A stretch of 63,099 bases of DNA, counting the filler, from Sluysia triapertura (taxonomy: Eukaryota): the NCBI GenBank assembly GCA_046118255.1. It is 5 parts of 5 records of this genome, joined end to end, with 100 filler letters (N's around TTAATTAATTAA, not from the genome) between each part and the next. Parts side by side here need not be neighbours in the genome. Positions count along the whole stretch, not along the records: positions 1 to 12,971 come from JBJNIA010068066.1; positions 13,072 to 26,881 come from JBJNIA010018188.1; 3 more parts are not named here. One strand, 5' to 3'. The notes beneath the pieces were generated by a model that did no database searches, was not told the DNA's origin, and worked only from the letters and a program-made list of their open reading frames with translations. Every line of letters starts with the position of its first letter. Position 1 is the stretch's first letter. Both the position numbers and the translations under genes were made by a program. Positions 1 to 13,523 of the stretch are shown in pieces.

Positions 1-3000
1 TTGATATATGAATTGATGAGATGTTATAAATGTCGAGTGTTGTTTATGATGATTGAGTTGGTGTAGTTCGATAGTATGAAGTGTGATTGCTTAAGAAATT
101 ATGTTTTAATGAAATTTAAATTATGGATATTGATTGTTATGTTTTGATAAATTTTAAGTTGTGAGAGTTGACCACTACAAACAAAGAAAGTTAGAAATTG
201 TTAAATGAAATTAATAAAGCATTATTAAAATTTTTAAATGACTATGAAGTGGACACCTTTTATTTGCAATGAATAAACTAATGTATGAAGTTCCTAACAG
301 CACATATTCAGTAACTCAACCAATTATTGATGCACTATCGAATGGTTTAGATTTTTCCCCAGAAGTATTTGCCGAATGTTACTTTTATTTGTTGCCATAT
401 ACTGATAAAATATGTGAAAGGTTATATGATGTGAGACTTCCAAAATTCTAATACCCATTACATCTCAACCGTTCATGTCAAGTCATGTATTTCTAAATTT
501 AATATTGATATAAAATGTAAACGTGATTCGGATATACTAAAATTGCCTCATGTAATAGGTATGATTTCCACCGAAAAAACATTTTTATCAAAAGGTAAAG
601 TAGGCTCGAAACAACAAAAAGAATTATTGATTAGTAGAAAAAGAAATAAGGTAATAATTGAGGACCGCATAACAGACGAAGACGAATCTGAATTTAAAAT
701 TAGGCATTCCAAAAATTGATTTGAAAGCAAGTAATCCATACTTATATTAGATGAAAATAAAAATAAAGGCGACTTTGAGGATAAAGAAGATCGAAACGAA
801 ATGAAATTTAAATTAAATTAAGAAAATTATGCATAAAAAATCTGTTAATTTCAAAGAAAGTAATCAAGATGACGGACAGAGGTGAATAATGTGAAAAATC
901 CGAAATTGTCGTTAAGTGAATTTAAACCGGAATTTGAAATACCAAACACTCCTCTCCTCCGCTTAGATACAGTTAAGAACTCTATGGTACGCGACAAAGA
1001 ACTTCAAACTGATGATAAGTTTACCATTTTTACGTTATTAAATAAAGTAATTTCATAGATAGCACACAACAGTATTATGCAATCAACGAATATGTTCTGT
1101 CCAAGAAATATACTACAAACCATTAAAATATGAGCAATGCTTTATTTCATTTTATCTTTCAGAAAATTTTTCTTCATTGTATTTGCCTGTACCTGTTTAT
1201 TATAATTATTTATTTAGGGTAGTTATCCCACAAAAAATTAATTTTATGTTTAGTCGTAATTCTGTGTTGAATAAAATCTTAAGGAATAAACAATTTTGAG
1301 TCTAATTCGTAATAATAATATGATTTTTCTTATGATAATTAAGACTTCAGTTAATGTGTTATCAAAATATAAATTGAACTTAATTTTGTTGATAAATTTA
1401 AGAAATAATAATAATTTATTAAACTACCACGATCATTTTCATAAACTCTTTATAATCTCCAACTGTCTTGAACCTAAATGTTTCACATGAAAGTATACGA
1501 ATTAATAAATCAATCTTTTCTTAGACTGATAATTCAAACTTCAACATAATATATTTGAAACCTTCATTAGTCTCTTAAAACAGCATTTAATTCCTATTCT
1601 TAATATACATAAATGGTATAAGACCATAATAATACCACACTATATAAAAAGGAGGATATAACATTAACTTACGATTATATATTTGTTTACATGCAAATGT
1701 TTTCATACAACATCTAAATATAAACGGCCTCCAACAACTACATCTAAAAATAAGTAGTTACAACACCACAGTAATCGCACTTAATTTCGCAATAACATCC
1801 AATCTGAATGTTCCAAAATTTTGAATCGAATATTGTCATAGCGAAGTGTTTCCAGATTTCCAAATTATCCCAAATATTGGTAGTGAAATATCCAAATTGG
1901 TGTGAATCGTCTTTTCCTAAAGTATCTAAAATTTCTCAACGCTATAATAAAAATTCAAGTCATTAGTTTTGATATTTTAAGCACTATTTATAGTGCTTTT
2001 CATTAATAAATATGATTATTCAATTTCCATGGTATAATACTTTTGATTAACTTATTTGCATATCATAATTCTATTACCTAACCAATTTAGTTCTATAATA
2101 ATTTACATGCATTCAACGGTTGTATAGCCAGTTTTTTCTATATAATAATCATAAATCATAATATTGTTTTGCCCATGCATTTTTTCATTTACTAGTTAAT
2201 TATAATTTGTACTAATTTTAGCCATGTGATTTTATTCAATTACATCCTATCCCGCCTGTGGTTGTTAGAATTTATTTTTCAGGTATTTTTAATATTTTAT
2301 TAACGCTTATGTTTAATTCGTTGATGCTTTTTATTTTGTTAAGTGCATCGGATTTCTGGTTTTTTTTGTTTGTTCAGATTTTCTTTGTTCGTTCTAAATC
2401 TTTGATTTTTATCTTGTTTAAAGTTTTTCGAAGTGTATTTGGTGCCTATGAAAATACTTTTTTGAAATTTTTAAAAGTTTTTTGAAGGTACTCTATAATT
2501 TTTCAATAATTTTTTATTTATTTTAATAAAATGCAATACATTTTATAATTCAAAATTATATATTTTTATACTTAAAAATCATTTATACTTCAACAATTTT
2601 GATACTTAAATTGTGATTTATAATGAGTCGTACAAGTAGATAAAGATAAATTTTAAAAACTATAGCTATTTGTGAATATTGTAAAATAATAAATCAGTTA
2701 CAATTTAATATTTTAAGAATTTTGAGTAATAAAGCATTAAGTTTTACAAAAACAAAAATTTTATAACAGATGTTATAAAAAACTATTCGTATAAAACAAT
2801 CTACTTCGTATAGTGTAGTAGATTATCTTTATTTTTATTTAAAACAAGTTTCTTTTTATATCATACATTTTATGACGAATAATTTAGCTAAGCGATATTA
2901 TAGTGCATATTAATCCTACATAAATCCTACATAATTGTTGAACTTACAACATAATTATGAAACAATAAAATGGTAAAGGAAATGACAATAAAAGTGTCGT

Positions 3001-6000
3001 GGGTTTTATATGTTTTATGTAATTATTATTTGAAAAAATTATATTGAACAAATCATTAATTTTATTTCTTTCTCTTTACATTTAATAATTAATTTAATTT
3101 TAACCAATTTAGTTTCGTCTTAAGGCCATGTATACAACAAAATATCAAAATCTCGAACCATTCAATTAATTGAACAAAATAAAACTGAAATTTTATATTA
3201 AACAATAAACAGAACGATGAGAACAATTGAATAATATAAAATTCTGTACTCACAATAAACAACACCTTTTGAACTGTCCAAACTGTATTGGAAATCATTA
3301 ATTCAGTATGGGTACCCGTTGGTGGTGATTGACGCGAATCATGTTTTACACTGTAATCTTAATGGCTGGAGTTATTTTCTTTAACTGAATATTCTATACT
3401 CTTGATTGCGGTCTGTGATCTGTGAAATACCACTAAATGATTAAACCTTTTCGAGCATTACAATTGTGATTGCAGTCAAGAAAACCACATAGATTATATG
3501 TAGTACGCAAACATAAAACACCTAAAGATTTAAGATTACTATATAAAATTATTATTAATACAAATACAACTCCATGGTCTTCGACATAAAAAATTCTAAT
3601 GAACGACTGTAAAGAGTATTATGCAAGTGAAACATAAAACTTAAAATTATAAAAAAAACCATCAAAAGGGCAAAACAAATATTCGTTGACTTTATAAGTC
3701 CATATGTTATATTGTATATACAATCACTCTACGCCAATCGAAGGTAAATCAGTTGTAAAAAATAGTAAAGCGATTCTTATTTACAATGATGTAAAAATAT
3801 ATAATAATGAATAAACAAATACGTAAATTTATAAATACACTAAATTTTCCAGTCGTATTTGGTTTAAATGAAATTGTAAAAAAATTATAAAAACTAATCG
3901 AGTAAATACAAGTATTAATAGCATGCTACTAGTTACGAAAGAATCATAGTAATATATCATATTGGAATCTCTAAATTTAAGCACATATTTTGACACCGTT
4001 CTATATCATGAATTATCTCTATTTGAATCCAATTTATAATCCCGATTCATTTTTAATATTTTCAATTGTCAAGCGATATATACCAACGCTAGGTATATAT
4101 TGATTTATTATTTTTAAAAAAATTCAATAATTATAATATTTAATAATTTAATATTTAATATACAAATCTCTCTGTTTCAGAAATATTATAATGCATGATT
4201 AGTGTTAAATACCTACTTAAATAGATAATGCGCTTTCTATTTCAAAAATATTATACCCATAAAACAATAATTTAATGAAATAAGTATAAGTGATAGAAGT
4301 GGAAAGCGCATATGTACATATGTACATAGAGACATTCATACATACATAAAGAAAACAATAATAATATACAAAATTTAAACAATTATGATATTATTAGGAC
4401 TGCGCTTTTGTTTTGTATGCATTGTGTAATGGTTTGATGTGTTGTAGTTAACTGAATAACTTGTTTAAGTAAGATGTGTTTATTTGTGTTGGTGTTTACT
4501 TGTAATTATTATAAGTTGATCTGGAGTTCACTACATGCAGAAACAACAGTATAACAACGACAATACTAACAAAAATTTTAGTGATGAAACATTAAGTGAA
4601 TGTAACAAATTGTGACTGAAATATACCATCTTGAAATATATGATCTTATAAAAATTGAGTTTGTGTTTTATGTATATTGTTTGGCGATTTGATGTTTTGT
4701 GTTGAAGAAATGCGTTAGTTTGTGTTGATGTTTACTTACAATTGTGTTTATGATTAGAGTGTTTTGATTTTGAATTCACTATATGGGTCAAATTGTCTAA
4801 GATCTGGGGGGTTATTAGGAAGACGAAATAGTGTACATTACCTCATCTTCAATATACAAAAGAAAGCAATAAAGCTCGATGGAAAAATTCAACAATCGGT
4901 CGAATATAAGTTGATATATTAGGTAGGCGCATTTGAATATTATAACTATGTTGCTACTCAAGCTGACGAGAAACATATTAAATCCATAAAAGTAGATGCT
5001 GGAAAGGATCATGAATATTTAATTTTTTTCAATGCGGAAATTACGGAATTTCTAAATTTCAATTGAAAATTTAGTTAAGAAGTCAATTGAAAAGTTAAAT
5101 AATTTTATTATTATATATTAAATATTATAAATTTAATTTATAGTTATTTAAATGATTAAATTTACAATAAGAAATTATTAAATTAATTTTCAAAATATTG
5201 AATAAGTTTTAAATATTAAATTTTTAATTTAAAACTGTAAATTCTAAAATATATCAGGTTTTCAATATAAACAGTTAGTTTTTAATGTTAAGTATGATTC
5301 TTTGTAATTATTACAAAGTTTATTTATCTCTATAAAATCCTTTTTTATAGATACGATTTTTTATTTTTTTCAGTACCTTTTTTATAGTAGATGTATCTGT
5401 AAGAATTTATATATTATTATTTACTAGTCTACCTATGTACGTATGCATTTATTTATTAGAAATTCATCACTTTTGAATAATTATTTGATTAGGAATCTTT
5501 TTATTAGATATTAGTTTTATATTTTTCTTATGTTTGTAGAGATTGCTTCAAATATGTGTTGAGAGTTGAACTTGAACTTAATTTTGAAAATCGAAATAAC
5601 TTTGATTAAATTAGTTTGCATATTTATTAGCTTGGATAGCTGTGATATAAAGATTCCATTCATTAAAAATAAGATATTTTCATACGATAAAAAGTTTACA
5701 TTTTTATGTGTATTATTTCCTTAACTGATTTAATCAATATTATTATTAGTAGTAGTAAAAAATAATTAAAATTTGTGTTATCTATCGTAATGTCAAGTGC
5801 AAGATCCCCTTTTGGGAATTCATTAATAAAGGCTTTAAATACTTAACTAATGGAGTTCAAATTTATCGAGAATGTAAAAATAAATGAGACTATTTGTGCT
5901 CATTAATTCAAAATCTATTAATTCACAGCTTACGTTAAAAGAAGATCATTCTGAAGAATCTTTCAAAAGCAGAAAATATTTATTTCAAACTTTTCATCAT

Positions 6001-6427
6001 TTAATGATTTGTGAAAGTAAATGAACTTCATCTATAAATTCTCAATACCAAAATAAAATTTTTTGAGCTTTTATTAGTAAGTTCTAGAAGCGAATATAAT
6101 GAAATACGAAATATATTTGGTAATGTTTTACTAACAAATTTAATTTTGTACACATCAGTGTCGGATATGCCATTGTGATTAAACACAGAATCTCAATTGG
6201 TGGAACAAAATTTGGCTTCATTTTTTGGTTTTGGTTAATATAATTGTGTCAAATATGTTAGACTCCTTAACTCTAATAATTCAAAAGTTTGTTTAATGTG
6301 CGTTTTCATTAATCTAAATCATTTGAGGTAACTACTCAGATTATCTCCTACCGGCATGTATTAGGATTATCACATTTTTCTTATACCGTATAACTGTTTT
6401 TGAACAATATTTAACTTTCAATTTCAG

Positions 6428-6781
6428 ACAACTTTTGATAGAATGGTTGATAAATATTATTCATCACATTCTAATACAGACAAAATAACACTAATGGGAA
6501 AAGAAATCCAAAAACACATCTTAGCATTATTAATTCATGGTTACAATTGCGAATGCCGCATTCGAGTGAAAATAATGCAACAAAAGAAATCAGTGTCTAG
6601 TCGAAATGGAAGCAAAAAGAAATCTAATTGGACAGAATTAGTCAGTAATTGGCTTAGAATGGTGATTGATGCTGTAGGTGGTGATTCAGAAAATTCCCTT
6701 GCTCAAGAAAAGAAAGTAGCTGAGTCATTGGAGAATTCATCGAATATTTTGGCTCGTCTGTTCAATGTTGAAAATGAACTG
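6428..6781 (+). CDS. SMPD4: SMPD4 (neutral sphingomyelinase 3)-like gene, internal exon
   Basis: Acceptor tttcag|6428, donor 6781|gtttga, phase 0/0. TLMGKEIQKHILALL...WTELVSNWL...KVAESLENSSNILARLFNVENEL aligns by eye with SMPD4 MFGPEARTLVLRL...SFLSWL...[24 protein letters not shown]. Confidence 0.7.
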
Positions 6782-6974
6782 GTTTGATTTTGTATTTGAT
6801 TGATCTGAAATTAAATGTTTTATTTTTTTATAATATTTATATTTATTTTTTATAATTTTTTATTTTATAATTATTTTTTTGTAAAATTAAATACCTCATT
6901 ATTATTTAAATTTTTGATTTCATTAATATATTTTTATCTGATATATAAATTTATTGCTGTTTACTATTTGATAG

Positions 6975-7700
6975 GAAAAAAGACTAATAGAAGAATCAAA
7001 TGAGGAACCGACTTTTGATTATAAAACTGGGAGAAAATTAACTTACAAGGCGGATCATATAATATCTAATTATGCAAATGAAGACGTTGATGATGATATA
7101 AGAAAAGAAGAAGAACATTGTTATAGTAGTTATATTTATAAAGAACCCAGTAATGTTAAGCCATCATCATCTCGCATATTATTGACAGATCTTGGTCGAT
7201 TTCAAATGATGATGGGATATGCTGTTAGTCCTATCTTATCACGAGGAAGTGTATTTGATAAAGATGATGTTTNNNNNNNNNNNNNNNNNNNNNNNNNNNN
7301 NNNNNNNNNNNNNNNNNNNNNNNNNNNNNNNNNNNNNNNNNNNNNNNNNNNNNNNNNNNNNNNNNNNNNNNNNNNNNNNNNNNNNNNNNNNNNNNNNNNN
7401 NNNNNNNNNNNNNNNNNNNNNNNNNNNNNNNNNNNNNNNNNNNNNNNNNNNNNNNNNNNNNNNNNNNNNNNNNNNNNNNNNNNNNNNNNNNNNNNNNNNN
7501 NNNNNNNNNNNNNNNNNNNNNNNNNNNNNNNNNNNNNTAATAGTAATAATAATGAATATGATGATGATGATGATGATGACAAACATAATGGTAATGAAGA
7601 TAATGATGATGATGATGATGTTATCGAAAGATTAAATAAAATTGGAAATTATGTTGAATCTTCTAAGTCAGGATTACAATTTTGCAGTAGTAAAAAGCAG
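6975..7700 (+). CDS. SMPD4: SMPD4-like gene, internal exon (contains assembly gap 7273-7537; could hide an intron)
   Basis: Acceptor tttgatag|6975, donor cag7700|gtacta, phase 0/0. ILLTDLGRFQMMMG resembles SMPD4 LILTPLGRYQIING. A D/N-rich tract follows the gap. Confidence 0.7.
7273..7537. other. Assembly gap (265 N)
   Basis: Run of N flanked by GAT/AAT-rich low-complexity coding sequence. Confidence 0.99.
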
Positions 7701-7837
7701 GTACTATAAATTTTTATTTTGTAATCACGTCTATATGTATATGTATATAGAATAGATTAATGTTAATTTTTTCTCAGTTTTTGTGCCTTGCGAAAATAAT
7801 AGTTTTTTAATATATTTTAATAGTTTTTTAATATAAA

Positions 7838-8156
7838 AGCCAAACTCGACCAGTTCCCAAAGAGAAATCAATTTGGAAAGATCATTAAATCCTTTTGGTG
7901 GAATTTCGAAGGAATCTTGCATTTTGAACTTGTGTGTAATGGTTGCACCATCAATGCCGAACGTTATTCTGAGAAATTTCATCTAGGCGATGATGCACTG
8001 ATTAGAAAGAACCCGTCTTGTTCGTCGAAACGTACTTTGTTTCAACAAGACATTAAAAGTCCACATGTTGCTAAAAAGACCAGCAACAAAATTCAAAACC
8101 TAGACGGTATTGAAGTTCTGCGGCATCCAACATATTCTCAGCAATTACTCTTTTGA
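7838..8156 (+). mobile_element. Degenerate mariner (Tc1/mariner) transposase fragment in an SMPD4 intron
   Basis: WWNFEGILHFEL...TINAERY...LFQQDIKSPHVAKKT...IEVLRHPTYS matches mariner WWxxxG.H.EL, TINA, LHDNARPH and EVLPHPPYSPDL motifs; catalytic motifs are degraded. Confidence 0.88.
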
Positions 8157-9495
8157 GTAATAGTCATTCTTCATTGAATTCAGTTCTGTATTTATAAATT
8201 ATGATTTTGTCTATATAAAAACACACAAAATTCAATATCATTTTGGATAAACATTTTCTTTTGTTATTATTTCGTATATTTCTTTATTGATTGATAACTT
8301 ATCACTTGTTTGTTGAATAAATTCCAAAATTATTATTATACAAAATATTAACCTAAATACGATTTAAATAATTTTATCATGTAGACACTGTTTTCTGTCG
8401 TGATACTTAGATTTCTTAATATTTATTAAAACCATATAGATATAAAAAACCAAATGGTATCTATTATATTCACACTTCTTTATGGAAATTATTTGAAATA
8501 TTGTCAATTTATTCAATAATTTTTTTGACAATTTTATTGAAGTTTTATTGATTAATTTTGTGCAGTGAAATTGCACATTAAAATAGTTTATGTAATTATT
8601 TATGTTGGTATATTTTTAAATTCTAATTAGTTTTTGTAATTGCAGAATACTGTGTAATGTGAAACAATACGAAAATTTGTTATATTTCTTAATTCATTTT
8701 ATATTTTAATGTCAATTAATACTATATTTTCAATAATAGAAAATTGTGTGCTATGCGTAAAGGGTATATTTTCTTTCCGTTACATATATTTAACTTTAAG
8801 TAGTTATTCTTATTTGCATTAATGAAAATTTTATGTTAGTTTAAATTAGCATTTACTTGTAAGTAATCCTTTGGTCACTTACGATTAATTTCTTTAATAT
8901 TCCGCTTACCAGTTTGATCCAATGAAGCCGAGTGTAAATTTCACTAGTTATTTTCTACATTAGTTGATATGCTACATGAAAAGTAAGGTAATATTGTATT
9001 GAAAAATAATACATATTAAATAAAGCTGGTTAATGAAAGAAATAGTTTTATACGCAATGCATACATACTTTTTTGGTAGACGGAAGGTTAATACTGCTTT
9101 TATTTGGAGTCAGTTATACGGGTCTCTGTTAGAAGAAATGAAAGTAATATTTTAGCCATTCAAATACTACTTAATCAGAAAGATTCTCATTAAGTGAATA
9201 ATGATACAATTATTAAAATTGTCAAAACTAATAGAATAGTAGAATATAAAAATGGCCACAAATAATTATCGTATTATGGATTACAAATGTTCTCATATGC
9301 ACTAGTACTTTTTAATTTACTGATTTGTGGTGTTAGTAAAATTTTAGATTTTTTATGATTTTCAGGTGCACTTATTGAGGATATTAAGATATCGTTTGAT
9401 TTTATTTTTATATTTGCATAAAACTATATTTTAATTTTGATAATCTTGAAGATGGATAACAAAAATGAATATATTAATAGTTTTTGTTATTTCAG

Positions 9496-9636
9496 AGTTT
9501 ACAGAAATGGATTTCCAGCAGTTTCAGTAGTAATCAGTCTACCAGATTAAGTTATTACGAAAGACCAATTCAAAAAAAAGAATTCGGATTTTTAGTTCGA
9601 TTGATGGAATATATTTCGGTACTTATTTGTACTAAA
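9496..9636 (+). CDS. SMPD4: SMPD4-like gene, internal exon
   Basis: tttcag|9496 ... aaa9636|gttagt, 141 bp, phase 0/0. ERPIQKKEFGFLVRLMEYISVLICTK resembles SMPD4 [26 protein letters not shown]; the motif order is collinear with the previous exons. Confidence 0.72.
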
Positions 9637-10399
9637 GTTAGTTACTAAGGTTTGATTTTATTTTATAAATTTAATAAGGGTTTTAAAATATTTATATAGC
9701 AAATATATTGAATTTGTCCTTTTTGAGAAAATAGACATTGATGATTAGATGGACTATTTTTATTTACAAAAGCTACTCTTTTGAATAAATAAAATGTTTA
9801 ATTTCTGTATTCGAATCAAAACATATTCATACATATTTGTTTTCGTGCTTTAGATGGCTGAATGATAGGTTAAGAGTATGGGTATGATTATGACTATGAG
9901 GATGTTTACGATATTACTTATAAAACTTCGAAACGGGAGTGGATAAGGTCGGGTTAAGGTTCTTATCGATGAAAAGCTTCGTTCCAGTCGGTTGGTTTCG
10001 AAGTCTTTATTACGTCTAATCGCTTTAAGTTTATACTTCATGTTTACGTATTTTGAATTTATACATATCATATTGACGTGCTTTGTATTTGTATATTTCA
10101 CATTCTCTCACACCTTATACTTGTATTTAAATTTCTATTTCTTTCAAATCTCGAGTTTAACTTAACTTTTATACTTACATTCATGTTTATTTTCTTATCG
10201 AGTGTTACGTTTTTCAATTTTATATTAAAGTTGAATCCTAAATTCAGGTGTGTATCCATTCTTACATATCTTATATTTATGTTGAATTTCAATTTTAAAT
10301 TCAGTTTCAATCTCGTATGTTTCCTTAATCATGCCTACGTTTATATATATTTTCTCATCTGTAAGTTATCGCAGGATTGAATTTATTTTATATCCAAAA

Positions 10400-11150
10400 C
10401 AGAACAAGGACAACACATTATTATGTGAGGTTTTATGACAAATATACTGAAAATTACCACATTGAATTCGCTAAATGTTTATCATAAAAATCAACACGAG
10501 CACATAGATTGTATCGCAACTAATGATAATTAATATTGCGTCGATCCATGCTGCTTGGCTGGTAAGACGAGTCCATTTTGTAGCGTATGTTCATCGACAA
10601 CCCAGTATCCATCTAGTATATGCGAACTTGAGCTCTGAATTTGAATTTTCTGCTGTAATATAATCAACAAATGTGGTATTGAAATCGTTGGAAACATTTG
10701 AGTCGTGGACCAAATCTTGAGTTAAATTGTCAGGAATTCTCATGGCTCGGAGGCATAATTTGTGTTCAACAATTGAGGACAGAACACATCCTGGAGATCG
10801 CATGTTGAAGGTTTCATGGAGAGTAGGACCAAGTAAAATTCGAGGTACCGATAATTATGAGGTCGCGTATGTACACTTTGTTTAACTTTCGATATTTAAT
10901 GTCTTTCCATAATTAACAGCTTTCATAAGAGATCGAATTCTCGTATCTTCACAACTGCAATTTAGTAGGGTTATAACAGCATTATAAATATTGTCGGAAA
11001 TTTTGAATTTCAACATCCGGAGTCGCCTTATTCGATCGAATTTTGTACTGAAACGAGATTTCTCGATCAACATTATTCTTATTTACGCTCTTCAACTCCT
11101 GTAGAATTCTTTCAAGATCATAGGCTTTTTGTTCATTCATTCATCGCTAA
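10400..11150 (-). mobile_element. Degraded coding relic, possibly LTR-retrotransposon gag-like
   Basis: Two adjacent in-frame minus-strand ORFs broken by stops (STKFDR...IYNAVITLLNCSCEDTRIRSLM), loosely like gypsy capsid N-termini; higher GC than the flanks; no splice signals. Confidence 0.25.
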
Positions 11151-12971
11151 TTTCATTAGGCAGTATTAAACAATTGTATTATGTGCTTGTATTTTATTCA
11201 AACGATTAATAATAATATTAAAGTTTAATAATAATAATGGGAGCAATGATACTGGTAATGATAATAGCGGCTATATAATAACAAAACTAACGCCAAAACT
11301 GCTAATTTATAAAATTTTGTTTGGGGGTTAAGGCTATGAGATGGTAGATCCATAGATGATTTTGTGAATGAGTAAAAGGGGTGTTGTATGTGCTTTAATA
11401 CGTCTTAATGTATGCTATAATACATGATTTTGATGTACTGAAATCATAGTTACTTATTATTTGTATAGTTTTTATCTTAATTTAATTTTTTGTGACAATT
11501 TGTTTTTATGGCATTCAGAATATTTAATTTGAAAATAACTTTTAAATAAAGGTCAATATTATTTTTTTCTAATTTTATTTTTCCGTATTTCATCCTTCTC
11601 AGATTACTTTATAGAATTTTTCAAAATCATTTTATTTTTTGCTGTTATCATTTGTGTTTTTTCTCGAGACATATTGTCCAATTCTTTTGAACCTATCTTA
11701 ATTTCTAGAAGTGCGCTCTGAAGTTTATTAATAATTGTTTAATAATTATGGACTTTTACTTTTGTTTAGGTTATAAGCATTTTAAATCCAAATTTTATTG
11801 TTGATGGTTTCCTTTTAAAATTAATATATGTTAATGCTTGCGGAATTAATATTCAAACTCAAATTATATTAAATAAACACACTTCTTATTCAAAGTAATT
11901 GTGTTTGTTCTTATAATTTCAATTTTTCAGTAACATTCAATAATAATATTATTATGATAATAATAATTATAATTATAATAAAATGCAAAATCAAGTGGTT
12001 AATATACTCGCTGACGAATTATGAATAATCATGAGACTCTTAATTCGTGGGTTATTTGCTTCATGAATAACTTGAAAATATTTATAACTAATGAGTGTGG
12101 AATAAAATTTAGTTATATCAAAGAACAACATATTGAAAAATTAATTTTTATTACTTTACATAAGTGTTTATCAACCTTGGGTTCTGCGAAGTTTCTAGCG
12201 AGGTTGTGAATTTATAATTTTATAAAGTTTTAAATAATAAGATTGCAGATTTACAAAAACTTTTGCCAAAATTTTATTAAAATAAAATACAATTATTGCT
12301 CATTAAATACGGTTAATTAATCTCTTTAAATTACAGTGATTAAGTGATTTTTAAGCTTAAAAATATGTAATTAGTTAACTGTTAAATTAGTTAAATAACA
12401 GAGTTTATTGATGTTTCAAATACACCATATACTTCAAGAATTTATTATTTTTTTATTATTGAATTTTCCAACAACAAAACTTTATAAAATCCACTCGGCT
12501 TAACATTTCATTCCCAACATCTACATTGACACACTATGCAATAGCATTTCAGGTATTTTGAATATTTACATACCTAATTCGCAAAATAATCATTTTCAAT
12601 GATAGAGTTCAACTATAATCAACGCTTTATATCCCTATGGAAGACGTTATAGAATTTTCGAATATAATTAATCGTAAGGTCAAATACTAATTTGTCTAAC
12701 TCTTGTCTTATTCTTTGTATATCTACATTCTTATTAAAGCCCACCCAAACGTTTAAGTAGTAATTCGGCAATTTAAAATTACCAACTAAATAATATCGAT
12801 TCTTGCGGAAGAATAGTTTATTATTCTTATTACACTTCTTATTATTTGCGTATTAACTTATGCATTATCCTTTTTTCTTAAGTCTGTTTTAAATAGTATT
12901 TCTATTAAACTTGCGTTGCTCTATTAATTAACAAGTTTTAATAATAAAACAAAAGAAAACTCATGCAAAAA

Positions 12972-13071
12972 NNNNNNNNNNNNNNNNNNNNNNNNNNNNN
13001 NNNNNNNNNNNNNNNTTAATTAATTAANNNNNNNNNNNNNNNNNNNNNNNNNNNNNNNNNNNNNNNNNNNN
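12972..13071. other. Artificial contig linker 44N-TTAATTAATTAA-44N
   Basis: Exactly 100 bp; the core gives stops in all six frames; identical at four positions. Confidence 0.98.
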
Positions 13072-13493
13072 ATCATTACATTTGATTTACTTATGAAAAT
13101 CGCTATATTAATTTTTGACATTATCAATTAGGAAATTCCAATATAGTGGATTTTATATAAACGAGATATTTAATATTATAATATTGTTATTATAATTGAG
13201 TTATAATAATAATAATTATTATTACTTTTAACAAATTATTTTTACTTTTTATAAAAATTTTACAACCAAAAATTAATGCTGTTAATGTTATTTTAAAATT
13301 TTTAAACTACAATTCATTTAAAAATTTATTACCAAATAATTTTTTTACAATTGTTAGGTTGTCATTACAATCCTTTAAAATCACTATATTTAATACACAA
13401 AGCAGTTATAATCATAAATTACAAAGAAAATTATTTTCTAAAAAAGAAAGTGGACGTTCTAGAACTTTCAGAAAATTACATTAACTCATGTTG

Positions 13494-13523
13494 ACTGATG
13501 CTAGTACATAAACTAGCATCAGT
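13494..13523. repeat. Perfect 12-bp inverted repeat (ACTGATGCTAGT-6 nt-ACTAGCATCAGT)
   Basis: Read directly from the sequence. Confidence 0.9.

Noticed and set aside
4962-4975. CTGACGA-GAAAC hammerhead core
   Set aside because: No stem II or flanking helices; probably chance.
7202-7635. Several ORFs spanning the N gap
   Set aside because: Open only because of the Ns and GAT repeats.
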